Positions 33,646 through 49,754 of a stretch of 64,000 bases of DNA are shown piece by piece. The stretch covers positions 23,562,001 through 23,626,000 of the forward strand of contig CM119372.1 in assembly GCA_051294905.1 (NCBI GenBank), given 5' to 3'. Origin of the DNA: Botryllus schlosseri. Lineage: Eukaryota. How positions within the stretch are numbered: position 1 is the stretch's first letter; the number at the start of each line of letters is the position of its first letter. The notes below the pieces were generated by a model that was not told the origin of the DNA, ran no database searches, and saw only the letters and a list, made by a program, of their open reading frames with translations. Both the position numbers and the translations under genes were made by a program.

Positions 33646-34077
33646 TATCTTTTTATTCGGGGTCGATACAAATGCAATTTTTGATCATTTGATTTATTCG
33701 GTAGTGTAATTGAATTGGTTACCATTCTATGAAACGAATTTTACTATTGTAGAATTTGTGCAGTCATGCGTAAAATATTATATTATTGATATCTCCATGA
33801 AGTTTACGGCGATCGGATAGCCACAAATATTTATCGATGAATCGATTCGTATACTGTGATTCTGTGATCTTTATATTCGGGGTCGATACAAATGCAATTT
33901 TTGATCATTGATTTATTCGCTAGTGTGTTACCATTCTATGGAACGAATTGTACTATTGTAGAATTTGTGCAGTCATGCGTAAAATATTATGTTATTGATA
34001 TCTCCATTAAGTTTACGGCGATCGGATAGCCACAAATATTTCTCAAGGAATCGATTCTCGATTGGTATACTGTGATT
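33646..34077. repeat. Tandem duplication of a ~220-bp unit
   Basis: TATTCGGGGTCGATACAAATGCAATTTTTGATCATT...GGATAGCCACAAATATTT occurs at ~33654 and ~33874. Confidence 0.9.
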
Positions 34078-34204
34078 CCAATGGCAATCAAAGGTGGATG
34101 GTAGTGGCAATTAAGTTCTTGATCTTCGTCGACCTGGCTCCATAGTTTTGATGTAAGGTGTGTTATAAACGCCCCTCCTCGGTTAAAGATCGATTCTTAT
34201 AATA

Positions 34205-35241
34205 CAGGGGCGGTCAACTTCTCCAGTCGGCGGGCCGGATATAGGAAAATTAAGTACTTGGCGGGCCGGATTGCTGAATCGATACATTATTCGCCCATTT
34301 ATCCACATATACAAGGAATAAATCGTATTTAATGAGTGTATTTTAACGACAGCAATGTCACTTCAAATCCATTTCTCGCCGATAATGGCGAAGACAATGT
34401 GGATTTGAGAATAACATTGTCATACAGGCCCCGCCATGTCTGCTTCTCTCTGATCAATCAACACACGGTGCAATCCCTAATTAAGATTTCAAGGCGTTCG
34501 GTAAGCCCCGTAACCCTAATTTACCAAGATATCAATTCATTAGGGTTGAGTCGTTGTTTAACTGTGTGGCCTAATTAATCTCGATATTGAATTCATGCGG
34601 CCCGCGTCCTCTACGAAATGTGAACAGTGGCCTGCGACCCGTTTTGAGTTGGCGACCCCTGGCATAAGCGGTGACTTAAAAAAGCCTAGAAGTGTGCCGT
34701 GCCACAAGTCGGCGGTTACGGAATCAAAATAAGAAATATCAGCCTGGTGCAAGTGACCATTGTAGTCGACAATTACCACAGACGACATTAGGGTTGAGTG
34801 CATCGTAAATGCCGATAATGCAAGTCTTCTCGCTTCGACGAACTTACGCGTAAGCTCCACTCTCGCAACGCTGCGGTGCGCATACACGTATATAATACCA
34901 TACAGCAATGTTCCCTCTAAGCTGCGCACGTGCGCAAATGCGCAGTGCTGAGACGGTCTCTGCGCACAGAAATTCTAAGTTGCGCACAAAAATTCCGAAG
35001 TGATGACCTTTTTTTTAGTCGTTACGCACCGTTTTCCAAGGATCTGCGCAGTGAGTTGTTGAGTGTGCGCAGACTCGTCAAAAATTAGAGGGAACATTGC
35101 CATACAGTCACTAAAATTTGACGTAGTAAGCAAGTAGTCAGGAATCTCGGCAGACTGGGGCCGCGGGTCACATTATCATGTAAGACGGAAAGCTGTCCGC
35201 GGGCCGGATCCGGCCCGTTGGCCGTATGTTGCCCGACCCTG
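34205..35241. mobile_element. Composite hAT-type element (CAGGG termini) carrying a SINE fragment
   Basis: Perfect TSD TTATAATA (34197-34204, 35242-35249) and an internal third terminus ending at 34661. Inverted homolog at 51851-53243. Confidence 0.85.
34906..35099. mobile_element. CAATGTTCCCTCTAA MITE (194 bp)
   Basis: TIR CAATGTTCCCTCTAA / TTAGAGGGAACATTG with TSD CCATACAG. Near-identical copy at 59674-59867. Confidence 0.92.
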
Positions 35242-36739
35242 TTATAATAGTTATTCAAGCATACTGGTGTTTTCCATATAAGATTGGTGATGGTAGTGTA
35301 TCGCATAGCCGAAGCTCCGAAATTCAGTAAGACTATATCACAATTTCTCTTTGTTCATTAAAAACAAGTATAAGCCAATTCACAAATAATGCTCGATCTC
35401 TGTGCAATGTGCATATTTACCATTTGCGACAACCTCTATCGAAAACTGAGGCAAAATGATGTGGGATATAAATGAAAATATCACAAATTTCCTGCTTGAT
35501 CGCGTCGAGATGGTGATATGCGTGCCGGGACTTTGGAAAATGGTTATGACTTCAAATAAATAAGCTAAGGTAGAAAGTAGGGATGGTGTGAACCTCCGAA
35601 AGGTTCAGGTTCGTGTGAACGCGAACCTTTTTGAAAGGTCCTGTGTGAACGCGAACGTGAACATCATGACGTCACGTGACGTCATATTGCTAATTCCAAC
35701 CCTAAATTTCAGTGAAGTGATATATATTAATATACAGGATACGTAGCGACGACTCGGGACATATAATGCCGCAATGCTGAAGTACATACTGACTTGTTAA
35801 ACGTCGTCAAATGTATCAACTGGAGCAATCAAATGATATATTAATCCATACAATGAATTATTCTCCGTCGCTTTGCCAACATTTTCGACGAGGACTTGCA
35901 AGGGAATGTAAGCTTACGCCTTGACGGTCTGGGCCAGACCGGATAATGTCTTCGGCATCTGAGTGTTGCTACGTTGATATTGAGCAGAGTGTAAAACGGG
36001 TTTTTACCCCATTAACAAGTTATACAGCCGTAGCCAACACCCCAAATCGCACGGATTTGGTTTTTATGACATAATAAACATATGAAATCGAGATGGACCC
36101 CGTTACTAGGGTTGCATTTAAAACATAAATAAATTAAAAACAAAAATGTTTAAAGGTCAACTGCATCTTAAAAATGACTTTGCCTTATATCGTACGTTAT
36201 GTGGTTAGGAATATGAATGAAATAATAAAAATTGAAATTACATGATAGTTTTCAAGTAATTTAAATTATAAATCGAAAAGCTGAAAAACGGATGTGAAAT
36301 CATTCAGCTATGAAATGACGTCATGTGAGTGACACGGCTAAAGTCCTGGTATAGCTCAGTATGGTAAACAGATAGTTAGTCATGCTCATGCTCACGCATC
36401 GTGTACTGTGTCTTTTAGATTCCCCGTGTGCTGCCATATAAACAACGTATTAGATATATTTAAGAGCATGGCGCTATTGTGTACCGATAACCTAAACACA
36501 TGAACAGCCGAAGTCTGTCAATACTCAATCATGCCAGTATGCAGTATGTTGGTTTTTAACAGTTACGTCACACGAAGCATTTATTTCGGATAGTTACGTC
36601 ACACGGTTCCGGACGAATAGCCTGGACTATGGCTGCGGGCTATTCGTCCGGTTCCGGACGAATAGCCACTGCCTAGTTATTAGTGTTGGGATTGATTTTG
36701 ATACAGGATTTGATTGTGAATATGGAAGGTATAAAGAAG

Positions 36740-38020
36740 ATGAGGCACGGAGGTACATCTCGTGTCGCGTATGGTTGCTCGATTACGCGATATTCGGTAC
36801 CCAAAGTGTCTTTTCATCGCTGTCCAAACCCTATTGCTGGAGAGGATTATGAAGACTGTGAAAGTGCTTTCCAATCCCTGTCAACTGATGATAGCTTCCA
36901 CCCAACAGAGTTAGATGGCGAGTCAGAGTGAGTACTTGAACAGTGTAATCATATTTGTACCAAGTCTTCACCAAGATATTGATTTGCAGGCATTCAGATT
37001 CAGAGGAATGTCTGGAGAATAGCAAGAAGACCCAGTTTGTGATTGTGGACAGAAATAAGCTGGTGAGCATTTTTCAACATTGTCCAATGTGTCAATCAGA
37101 GTCGGACGTGCAAGAGTCTGGTTTAGGTAGCACACTGAGAATCAAGCAAGACTGCACTAACTGCTCATACTCCAGATTTTGATTTACGGCCATTACGGGT
37201 AGTGTAGATGCCGTTACACATCCATTAAAGATGAAATAGCCTAGACTTGACTGTATCAAAAAGAAACAAACTGCTCCAGCATTCAGCATATATACATGAT
37301 ACATATAGGCCTAAATTTAAGTTACAATGAATAGCATCTTTGATTCTGTTGTTTACCATTATGACAATCCATTTTCAGATTCATTGGCATATGAAAGGAT
37401 TTGCGATGTTCTCTACTCCACGCGAATGAAAAATGACATACGCCATCTATCGCCGAATGGAAGCACTGCTGGAAGTGAATCATTCAATGAATGCCCTCCT
37501 CAATCATTTCTGCAAGTTATATCACTACAACCATATTTCAGTCAAAAAGCCAGGTAGGTACCTTGCAGTGTCTCGGCTATTCAAAACAACCTATATCAGA
37601 TTTTGGTATGATTACTAGCCTCATCAATTATGCATTTTTTGTAGGATGCGGTTGACAATCCTGCATTTCAATGAAAATTGCTCAAAAACTCAGAAAATGC
37701 CGAAAGAAAGAGCACCGCGGTCAAATACCCGAAGTACAAAAATGGGGAATGTACGGTCCACAAGATACTTGAAAATTCAACATTTGGTAACTGCCGTCGA
37801 TCTGACTGCATCATAAGATTTCGTCATATTGTTATGCCTGTTCAGATTACTGCAATGAGCTTGTCGAAGAAGTTCAAGCACTCATCAGAACTGGACCAGA
37901 AACTGATGTTGAGTTGAGTGATTGTGCTGAGACCGTTCCACCTCCTCTGACTAGCAGCATAATCAAAATTAGCAGAGAGGAAGCTATTGCCCGACCGACA
38001 TAAAACTCGATATGCTTTTC
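36740..38020 (+). pseudogene. Kolobok THAP-domain transposase remnant (spliced, internally deleted)
   Basis: VAYGCSITRYSVPKVSFHRCP (THAP N-terminus); IVDRNKLVSIFQHCPMC..G..LRIKQDCTNC (Cys motif); DIRHLSPNGSTAGSESFN; MRLTILHFNEN; KYPKYKNGECTV. Stops and frameshifts are present. Confidence 0.75.
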
Positions 38021-38088
38021 TGCCTGACACAGTAGTTATTTTGGTCGATGAGATATATGCGTTTATTATTTGGAATACAACTGTACAT

Positions 38089-38793
38089 TCACAATGTGGC
38101 GTTACTGAACTGGAATCGTTTATAATGATTTGACGTAAATTTTGTTCGGACAGCAGTAACAACGCATGCAGGCAGGATTTTCAGCTGCTTTTTGCCACAG
38201 AATCCCCATACCCAGCGAACACAATTTCTGTAGGCAGTATGTTTCAACTTCCTGAAAAGTGAAAACAAGTGTATTAGTGCGAGACAAGTATTTGGCGACC
38301 GAATCAGAGACTCATCCTATTCATGTATTGAACTCGATGTTATTCTGCGGCCATATTCCTGTTGATATCCATAGTAGGACATCTGCAATACGTCAACGTC
38401 CAGACACACTGAATTGCATCCTGGCAATTCTGTGATACACTTTAATTCTGTCAGTAACTCTCGGAACCTCCTTACAGCAAAAACTTATCAAGATAGACAA
38501 GATACATGACTGAAACGAGCTATTACACTACAGACTATATTATACAACTGTATTTCATGTAGTCTCGACGAGTGGCTTGCGCTGAGCAAGCTAGGCTGAT
38601 CATGACCCATCATATGAAGCTGCAAGGGGTTCCACTGACGTGGGATCTAGCGCATCAACACCTGAACCAATCCGGCATTTAAACGGTAATTTTGTAAGTA
38701 CGTGCAAAAATGATACTTACATTCGACATCCGAGTACTCGGACTCAGTCTCAATATCACTTGGCAAATCCGTTACAATGGAAACCTCGGGCAT
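38089..38793 (-). pseudogene. KolX remnant (Kolobok second protein, related to the P2X7 cytoplasmic C-terminal domain)
   Basis: Minus strand reads PGCNSVCLDVDVLQMSYY and, after a TTTTCAG acceptor at ~38252, RKLKHTAYRNCVRWVWGFCGKKQLKILPACVVTAVRTKF. This matches the KolX pattern AYR...W.W..LG...R..LP.CVV..IR..F. Acidic N-terminal exon MPEVSIVTDLPSDIETESEYSDVE. Confidence 0.78.
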
Positions 38794-41700
38794 AACTGAA
38801 TAGAATAAAAACTGCGAGAACACAAACAGCCGCTGTGACCGGTGTTGATAATATGTGTCACTCACTTGACGTCACAATGCACATTCTGCTTTTCCGTAAA
38901 CATGCCAATATTGGAACTTTCAGTCAAAATTACGGCAATTTCCGATTGAGTTGAAACACGGAAAGTCGGTAATTTCGTTATGAAAAAAAATTCTGAACAT
39001 GATTCCGCAAAGTTGTCATGAAGATGCAGTTGACCTTTAGCAAGGCCCTAATTTAAAACATGTTTTTTATTGCGTTTTTTAAGTCATGACGTCACGAATA
39101 TTCAATTGTAACGTCATAATAGATTGACATTGACAATTGAAAATATAGGGTAGATATAGCTCCTTTGACGAAATATCCGTACCATAACTGCTGAACCGAC
39201 TATTTTGAGGGTCCCATCCAGCTCATATCGACATACGTCAGCTAAATCGGATGGGAATTGTCCGTAGGCTAATACAACATGTCTTTTGGAAAGCATTTAC
39301 ACAATTATGGCATAATTTTACGACTTACAAAAACACAATTTTGTTTTTTAAAAGGCCTTTGTTTAAAACACTGTTTAAAACATGTTTAAACAAAGTGTTT
39401 CAAAACACCGTTTGTTCTAAATGCAACCCTACCCCGTGCGCCTGCTAGATTTGTTACATCAGACAACGATATATCAATTTCATTGATTTGTTGAAAATAA
39501 GCGTCATTCGCTGACTACCTTCATGTAGCAATCTTCGCTGTTGAAGGTGTATGATTGCGGGTAATGCTCACATAGTAGAGAGTCACTAAATATTCACTAA
39601 CAGAAAGCTGGATATTTCGTGCAAACCTTTGTAACACAGCAGGTAAAGTTTTTCAGATTGTCAAGGTGCATGCTCGTTTAGCGTTGATTTTTATGCTGCC
39701 AGCGCCATGCATAGAATGGCCCGCAGTTGAAATGCAATAAATTCCAACCAAAGATGCTATAATAACGTGAAAACTGTAATAGATGATAAAGGTTCACAGT
39801 GCAGAACCTACCAAGGTTTGTTTGTGAACGTGAACCTTTAAATTTCCGAGGTTCACACACAGAACGCGAACGTGAACCTCACGTTCACACCATCTCTAGT
39901 GGAAAGTAACACTCGTGTAAATCATTTACCTAGCTACAGTTTAAACACGGTGATTTCCTGTAGAAAATTTTTGCAGACGTTCACACATTTATATTTAATT
40001 TGAGACCACGTTATATTTGGAGCACAGTACTTTAATGTTCGGATATTAATGCCTCGTCGTTTTTAACCCAGTCTATCTGGCTGCGCATATTTTGTTGCAA
40101 TCGGGACAACGGATGCAGCCAAAGGATCCCCTAGATTTACGTTTGATAATGATGACGTTAACACTGTATATATGCTGTATCAATGCACGCGCTACCTGAA
40201 TGGACCAGGAGAGATTTCTTCGTTGGTCATAATCTTTTTCAAAGTAAAGATTTTTAATGGCAATACTTCGATTTTTAAGAAAAGAATCTTTCGTTTCTCG
40301 GTAGAAAAATAATTTCCCTAGTGATGAATGAGCCCCATAGGACAAATGCCCCTGCAGAAAAAAATATGATGCACAGCCCGTGAAGAAATGTCAATTTGAA
40401 ATCGTGTGCATCTCATGAAAGAAGTTTTTCTTATCGTTTAGTCATGGTACACACATAGCAGACGGGAGGTCACGAAATAGCAACATGCTACAGAGTAATT
40501 AGTAATTGCTCCACAGATACATCTGATCACGTGGCTTGAATGAGGACCAAAATGAATAGTAGCCTATAGTATATACAATTACCAATATTGGCAAACTTTT
40601 TCGGACGCGGCACGATCAGACGAAAAATACGCCCAATGTCCATCATATTAAGGATGGCGGTTTAGAGTGCAGTATAAAAGGCCTGTTGCAAAAGGAGGGT
40701 CCGGGGACGGAGTGCTGTTTCGGTCCTGGATACCCGTTAACTATATCGCATACATGCAATTAAAATGGGGTTGGATATTTTTATCTGAACGGCCATTCTG
40801 CTGATGTGTGCCGTGGCGTTTTAGCGGTTATGAACTGCTTCATATGGTCGACTGTAGCTAAGAAAATCAGGTTATCTACCATGTTGAAAATTCAGGTTTT
40901 ACAAACGACCTGTTTGAGAACCATTGTTCCCAAGACACTGCACAATACCCTCCGAAACCGCATTGTATATTATAGACCAGGGGTGGCCAACCTTTTTGCT
41001 AATCACGGCCGCATTTCGATTAGTCATGGATAGGTTACGGCCACATTCCAGGGAATATGTAGCTCGCAATGAACAAACTGGGCGCCAAATACAGATTTTA
41101 AACTGTCCATGTCCATTTTTCAATGTGACTTCCTTTTTCGATTTTTCGATGATGAACCCTATATAGAAATACCAACTTGGAATCGTGTGCTCCTCACGAA
41201 GCAAATTTGTTTCTGGTACGTCTGACCGATTCCAATATATTTCCATTATACCGACAATCCTGATGGGAGGTCAAGAAATGCGGTCAGCATGTAACAAAGT
41301 GACTAATAAAAATTGACCCTCCCGAAGATGCATCATCATGTAGGTATTCGCTAGTAATCCACATTTGAGAAGGTATAGGGTTACCATCAGAGGTGGTCAG
41401 TAACGAAGTACTTCTACTTTTTCGAAGTAATCAGGTAGTTTTACTCTACTTCTGGTACTTACTCAAGTAGATCTGATTTTCGCTACTTCTACTTGTGCTT
41501 CGTATTTTGTGACTTTTCGCTATGTTCAGTTTGTCAAGTAGAAGTAGTTTAATCCTCCAATAAGAAAGATAGTCTGAGGAATTTCGGGGCTGTTTCACAG
41601 AGTATCAACATTTAATTTTCATAATGCGTGAAGCCCAGAATTTTCGTGGCGCACTGTGGATGGGAGTGACCAATACGATTTACGAAATCATCGGTGAATA

Positions 41701-42072
41701 TAATTTATGTAGCGGGTTGCGTGGTTCCGTTAACACCATTGTCGCCCATATGAAATATTTCAACACAGTATATAAGGCTCATCATAACGTTTGAAACTGA
41801 TGTTTAGCAGTGGAGCATTTACTTATCATATCGTAGTCTAGCAGTCCAAGACGTGCCGTAATCTGGAAAAGTGGACTCTGATGATTTTTTTTTAAGTTTT
41901 AGACCTGTTTTAGCATACCACCTTTGAAACTTTCTGGACTAAAGGCAGAAAATGCATTTTCTGCTTTTAGAAGTAGTATTCTTCACTTTTAATTCCCAAT
42001 TGAGTTTTAATTAGAATCAGTTCTTTTGTCTGGAGAACATACATGTTGAATTATAAAAGCAAGTGTTGTTTG

Positions 42073-43350
42073 CAGAGGTGGTCATAGTAGTCAAGAAAGC
42101 TACTCAAGTAGAAGTAGAAGTAGCGGCGAAAAAAATCTACCCAAGTACGAGTAGAAGTACTTCTTCCGTAAGCAACCTAAAACTACTTGAAGTAGAATTG
42201 ACTGAGTTTAAATCTACTCAAGTAAGTAAGTAGTTTTGAAAACAGTCTTAATTCGTTCGCATGGACTGTCAAAAGCTGCAAATTGAGCTATGCGGAAGGT
42301 GCAGAGAGCATGATTAGTATTGATGCATGCCAGCGAGGTATCAATTTTCGACAGAATAAGCGTTCTTTCGCATCATGGGATGTAAATTATAGAATTGATA
42401 TGAAAATGCGATAATAACCCTTTGGTTACTAGAAAATCCAGTCTTAGAGAATATCATGACATGGCGCCCTACCCCATATTATAAGGTCCCAAGTCAGGCG
42501 AAGAGCAATACGGAGAAGTTGTATCGGATACAGTTTCAACACATTGCGCGATTAGTATACGTTAATAACAAATATTGTGGATCGTAAATTTATGTTTAGC
42601 GTAGCTTAATTTATTTCCGGAAAATAGAAGCATTACTATATACTTGCTTTTATGCTTCAACATGTATGTTCTGCAGACAAAAAACCTGAAAGTAATTAGA
42701 ACTCACAGTATGATACTTGGAATTGAAAATGAAATATGAATGCCACTTCTAAAAAGCGGAAAATATATTTCATGTCTTTTGTCCATAAAGCTTCAAAGGT
42801 GATCTGCTAAAACAGGTGTAACGTTAAAAAAGCCGCATTTTCCAGATTAGCAGGACACGTCATGGGCTGCTAGATTACGATATCGTAGGTAATTGCTAGA
42901 TTACGAAACGGTATTTTCAAATCTTATGGTGGGCCATATTTACTGTGATGAAATATGTGATATGTGCGACAATGCGGTGTGAGTGGAATCAAGCAATCCA
43001 GTACCTAAATAATATTCACTGATATTTTAATGAAAACATATTTGTCACTCCATATAACTACTGTCCGCGAAGCGCAACAAAATTTCTGGGCTTTACTTGA
43101 CTTTTATGAATATTAAATGTTAGTACTCCGTGAAAACAGCCCCGAAATTCCTTAGGCTATCTTTCGTATTGGGGGATTAAACTACTTCTATTTGACAAAC
43201 TGAAAATAGCGAAAAGTAAGTAAGTAGATCACAAAATATTACGAAGTAGAAGTAGAGAAAATCTGATCTACTTCAGTAAGCACCAGAAGTAGAGGGAAAC
43301 TACTTCAGTACTTCCAAAAAGTAGAAGTACTTCGTTACTGACCACCTCTG
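42073..43350. mobile_element. Second CAGAGGTGGTCA element, inverted, nested in the first
   Basis: Perfect TSD GTTGTTTG (42065-42072, 43351-43358). 42640-43350 is the reverse complement of 41388-42062. Confidence 0.9.
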
Positions 43351-43670
43351 GTTGTTTGTTTGTTATATTCATGGTGTTTGTCGACTACTATGGTCATTTA
43401 CACCAGGTCGATATTCTTCATTTATATTCCGTAACTGCCGACTTGTAGCACGGCCCACTTCTAGGATTTTTTTAAGACACCGCTTGCACGGATGAGATGG
43501 CGAGAAGGAGCCTAGATAAACTATAGATAACTAACCTTCGGGTTAGTTATCTATAGATAATCCTCCAACACTTAAGGTAGGAATTCTGGAGTCGACCTAG
43601 GTCGGACTCGATCCCGCAACCCATCGGTGTTGCAGCCGTGGATTATACCACGACGCTATCTCGCCACCTC
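43351..43670 (-). mobile_element. tRNA-derived SINE with (AAAC)n tail
   Basis: Minus-strand head with A-box-like TAGCGTCGTGG (43648-43658) and B-box-like GATCGAGTCC (43604-43613). GTTT-repeat tail and TSD-like TAAAAGCAA(G/T)TG at ~42054 and 43671. The 3' body recurs at ~34680-34780 and ~52660-52770. Confidence 0.75.
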
Positions 43671-45408
43671 TAAAAGCAATTGTGTAGTAGTGCCCTTAAT
43701 TTCCGGAAATAAAGCTACAAAATATGGCATTTTTACGATATACCATATTTTTTATTAAAGTTACACCGTATCTGATACAATTAACTTCTCCGTATTGCTC
43801 TGCGACTAAACCACGGGCACGTTCGTTTTCACAACTACTTACTTACTTGATTAGATTTAAAGTCAGTCAATTCTACTTCTAGTAGATCTAGGTTGCTCAT
43901 GGAAGAAGTACTTCTACTCGTACTTGAGTATAATTTTTTTCGTCGCTACTTCTACTTGAGTAGCTTTCCTGACTACATTGACCACCTCTGGTTACCATAC
44001 GTCCTCCCCACTAGAATTTGCCCTCCTTTTTCCACCTTTTTGGCAATTCGTCCTCCTTTACAGCTAGGATTTTCGTCGCTTCCATTAATGTTATCCTTTC
44101 TTAAATCCAGTGTGCATGCCTCTTATTTAGATGCTGTACGTAGGCAAAGGTGGGTCTCTGATAAAAAGATAACTCCAAGTCATATCTTCATCTTCCATCT
44201 TTTCATTATATTGCAATCTTGTGGTGCATTGATTTGATAAAATTTTTATTAAAATGATGATCTTTCTATTCAAGTGGCGATAATTCTGGACCCTGTTGTA
44301 AGTTTAATGCAGTTAACTATATGAACTCTGAAAATGACTGGTTTCCCCCAAATCTTCACTCTTGTGTCAAAGTAAATCAAATAGAAACATACAGCAGCAG
44401 AATGAATGTAGCTGACAAAATCCTAATTCCGCGCACTGGTAACCCGATTCACACAAGTCAGCAGTCATACCAACCACAAGAGAATTGTAATAGCGAAAAA
44501 ATATACTCTCCTATACAGATAAGACACAATATAATATTTTCGACTCTGCCAAATCACGTACGCACACTTGAAATTCTCAAGACTTGTATGGGTACTGCGC
44601 GGATCTACATTCAGACAGCAATAAAGCGTACAGAAAAAACACAAATCGTTCAGGACACCTTACCTTAAATGTTCAACGTATCAAATGCACCGCACTGTGA
44701 CACGGAAAAGAGAACTGTGGCTCCAGCGGCTATTAAATATATACCGACTACACATTTCATTTCCATACAATGCATGCCTAATAATAATCACTTCAATCAT
44801 TGAACATCAAATAGGAGCATGAAACAGAAATTGATCATATTGATAAGTCAGATACGTCACTACAGTGGATTAGAAGAATTATCTGGCTTCAACTAGAACA
44901 AGCGTCCAATGGAAATAGTCACCAACAACGCGTGCTCCATCATATTTCCATCATCCTCTCAATTTACGAAAGCCCACAATAATTCGACCAAGAAACATAA
45001 AACACGTACCAAAAAACGCACATTTCATTTACCGTATTCACAGGTACTGCAAGTCTGCGACGCAACCACGTAACTGTGCATATGGGTCGGTTTACACTGC
45101 GAATGTTAAGTTCCAGGTCTTTTGATCAATCAGTTATTATCAATGAGCGGTCTCGGCGTTGCTGATGTAATAGGTTACTTATAGCATGAGTAACTCTGTA
45201 CATCTCAAATATTTCAGAGTTGCTAGCGAAATCGCTGATAATTTTACAGATATTTGTATTTTTAAATTACTGTTAACTATTTCGCAAGCTAGATTAGAGG
45301 GACAGTGTAAACGAAATGAACGCAGTCAATTGAGAAGAGTTTGTTGCAGTAAACGTGATGCAAATTCTAGGCATGGCAAACCCGGAGTCTTCAGAAATTC
45401 AATCGGAT

Positions 45409-49270
<3,862 letters not shown>

Positions 49271-49706
49271 CGTGGCTGGTGGCTCTACCCTACCTTTTAT
49301 ATAGGTATTTAACTTGACTGAAATAAGTAAAGATGAAGTGTCATGGCCAACAATAAATTAACTGATGATATATATAGGATCTACCGCTCTATGAAGACCA
49401 CAGATTCGTCCCCACCGATACATAAATCTGAATTAAATTACAGAACTAATAAAACGGAAACCGTCGCAACAGACGCGGAATACATGTCGCTGTCGAAATG
49501 AAAAAGTACATTAGGATCTATGCGTGAACTACGTCAACGTCCGATTTGCTACGTAGACATTGACATATTTTCATAAATTTATTTGAATAGTATATTCATA
49601 TTGAAATGAACCCGAATATTTTCGGCTGACACTCGTCAAGGGTAATCGTCAGCCACTAGTAGAGAATTGGAAATAACATTGTATATCAACAATCGTACAA
49701 TCGCAT

Positions 49707-49720
49707 CAGGGATATCCCTG
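49707..49720. mobile_element. 14-bp perfect palindrome CAGGGATATCCCTG with near-perfect 8-bp TSD
   Basis: AATCGCAT-CAGGGATATCCCTG-AATCGTAT, with the same terminus as 48445. Confidence 0.6.
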
Positions 49721-49754
49721 AATCGTATGACTTGTCTCAATGATACATATACAT

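Larger units (their letters stand above)
36154..39036. mobile_element. Decayed Kolobok DNA transposon
   Basis: Perfect 16-bp TIR AGGTCAACTGCATCTT / AAGATGCAGTTGACCT, flanked by TTAA (36150-36153) and TTAG (39037-39040). Contains two convergent coding remnants. Confidence 0.85.
36107..39431. mobile_element. TAGGGTTGCATTTA MITE (middle layer of the nest)
   Basis: TIR TAGGGTTGCATTTA / TAAATGCAACCCTA, flanked by imperfect CCCCGT(T)AC / CCCCGTGC, with TTTAAACA subterminal repeats. Confidence 0.75.
35578..39898 (+). mobile_element. TAGGGATGGTGTGAAC-family hAT-like element (outer layer of a nest)
   Basis: TIR TAGGGATGGTGTGAAC / GTTCACACCATCTCTA with TSD GTAGAAAG / GTGGAAAG. Confidence 0.85.
41388..43990. 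mobile_element. CAGAGGTGGTCA hAT-type element (outer copy), inserted in a TAGGGTTACCATA MITE
   Basis: TIR CAGAGGTGGTCA / TGACCACCTCTG with perfect TSD GTTACCAT (41380-41387, 43991-43998). Confidence 0.9.

Noticed and set aside
34558..34929. Similar ORFs at 34558-34929(-) and 52553-52879(+), suggesting a gene family
   Set aside because: Both lie inside copies of the same non-autonomous composite element and span a SINE fragment and a TIR, with no protein motif.
43595..43670. Possible tRNA gene
   Set aside because: A and B boxes are present, but I could not build a full cloverleaf, and it is followed by a repeated body, tail and TSD, so it is called a SINE head.
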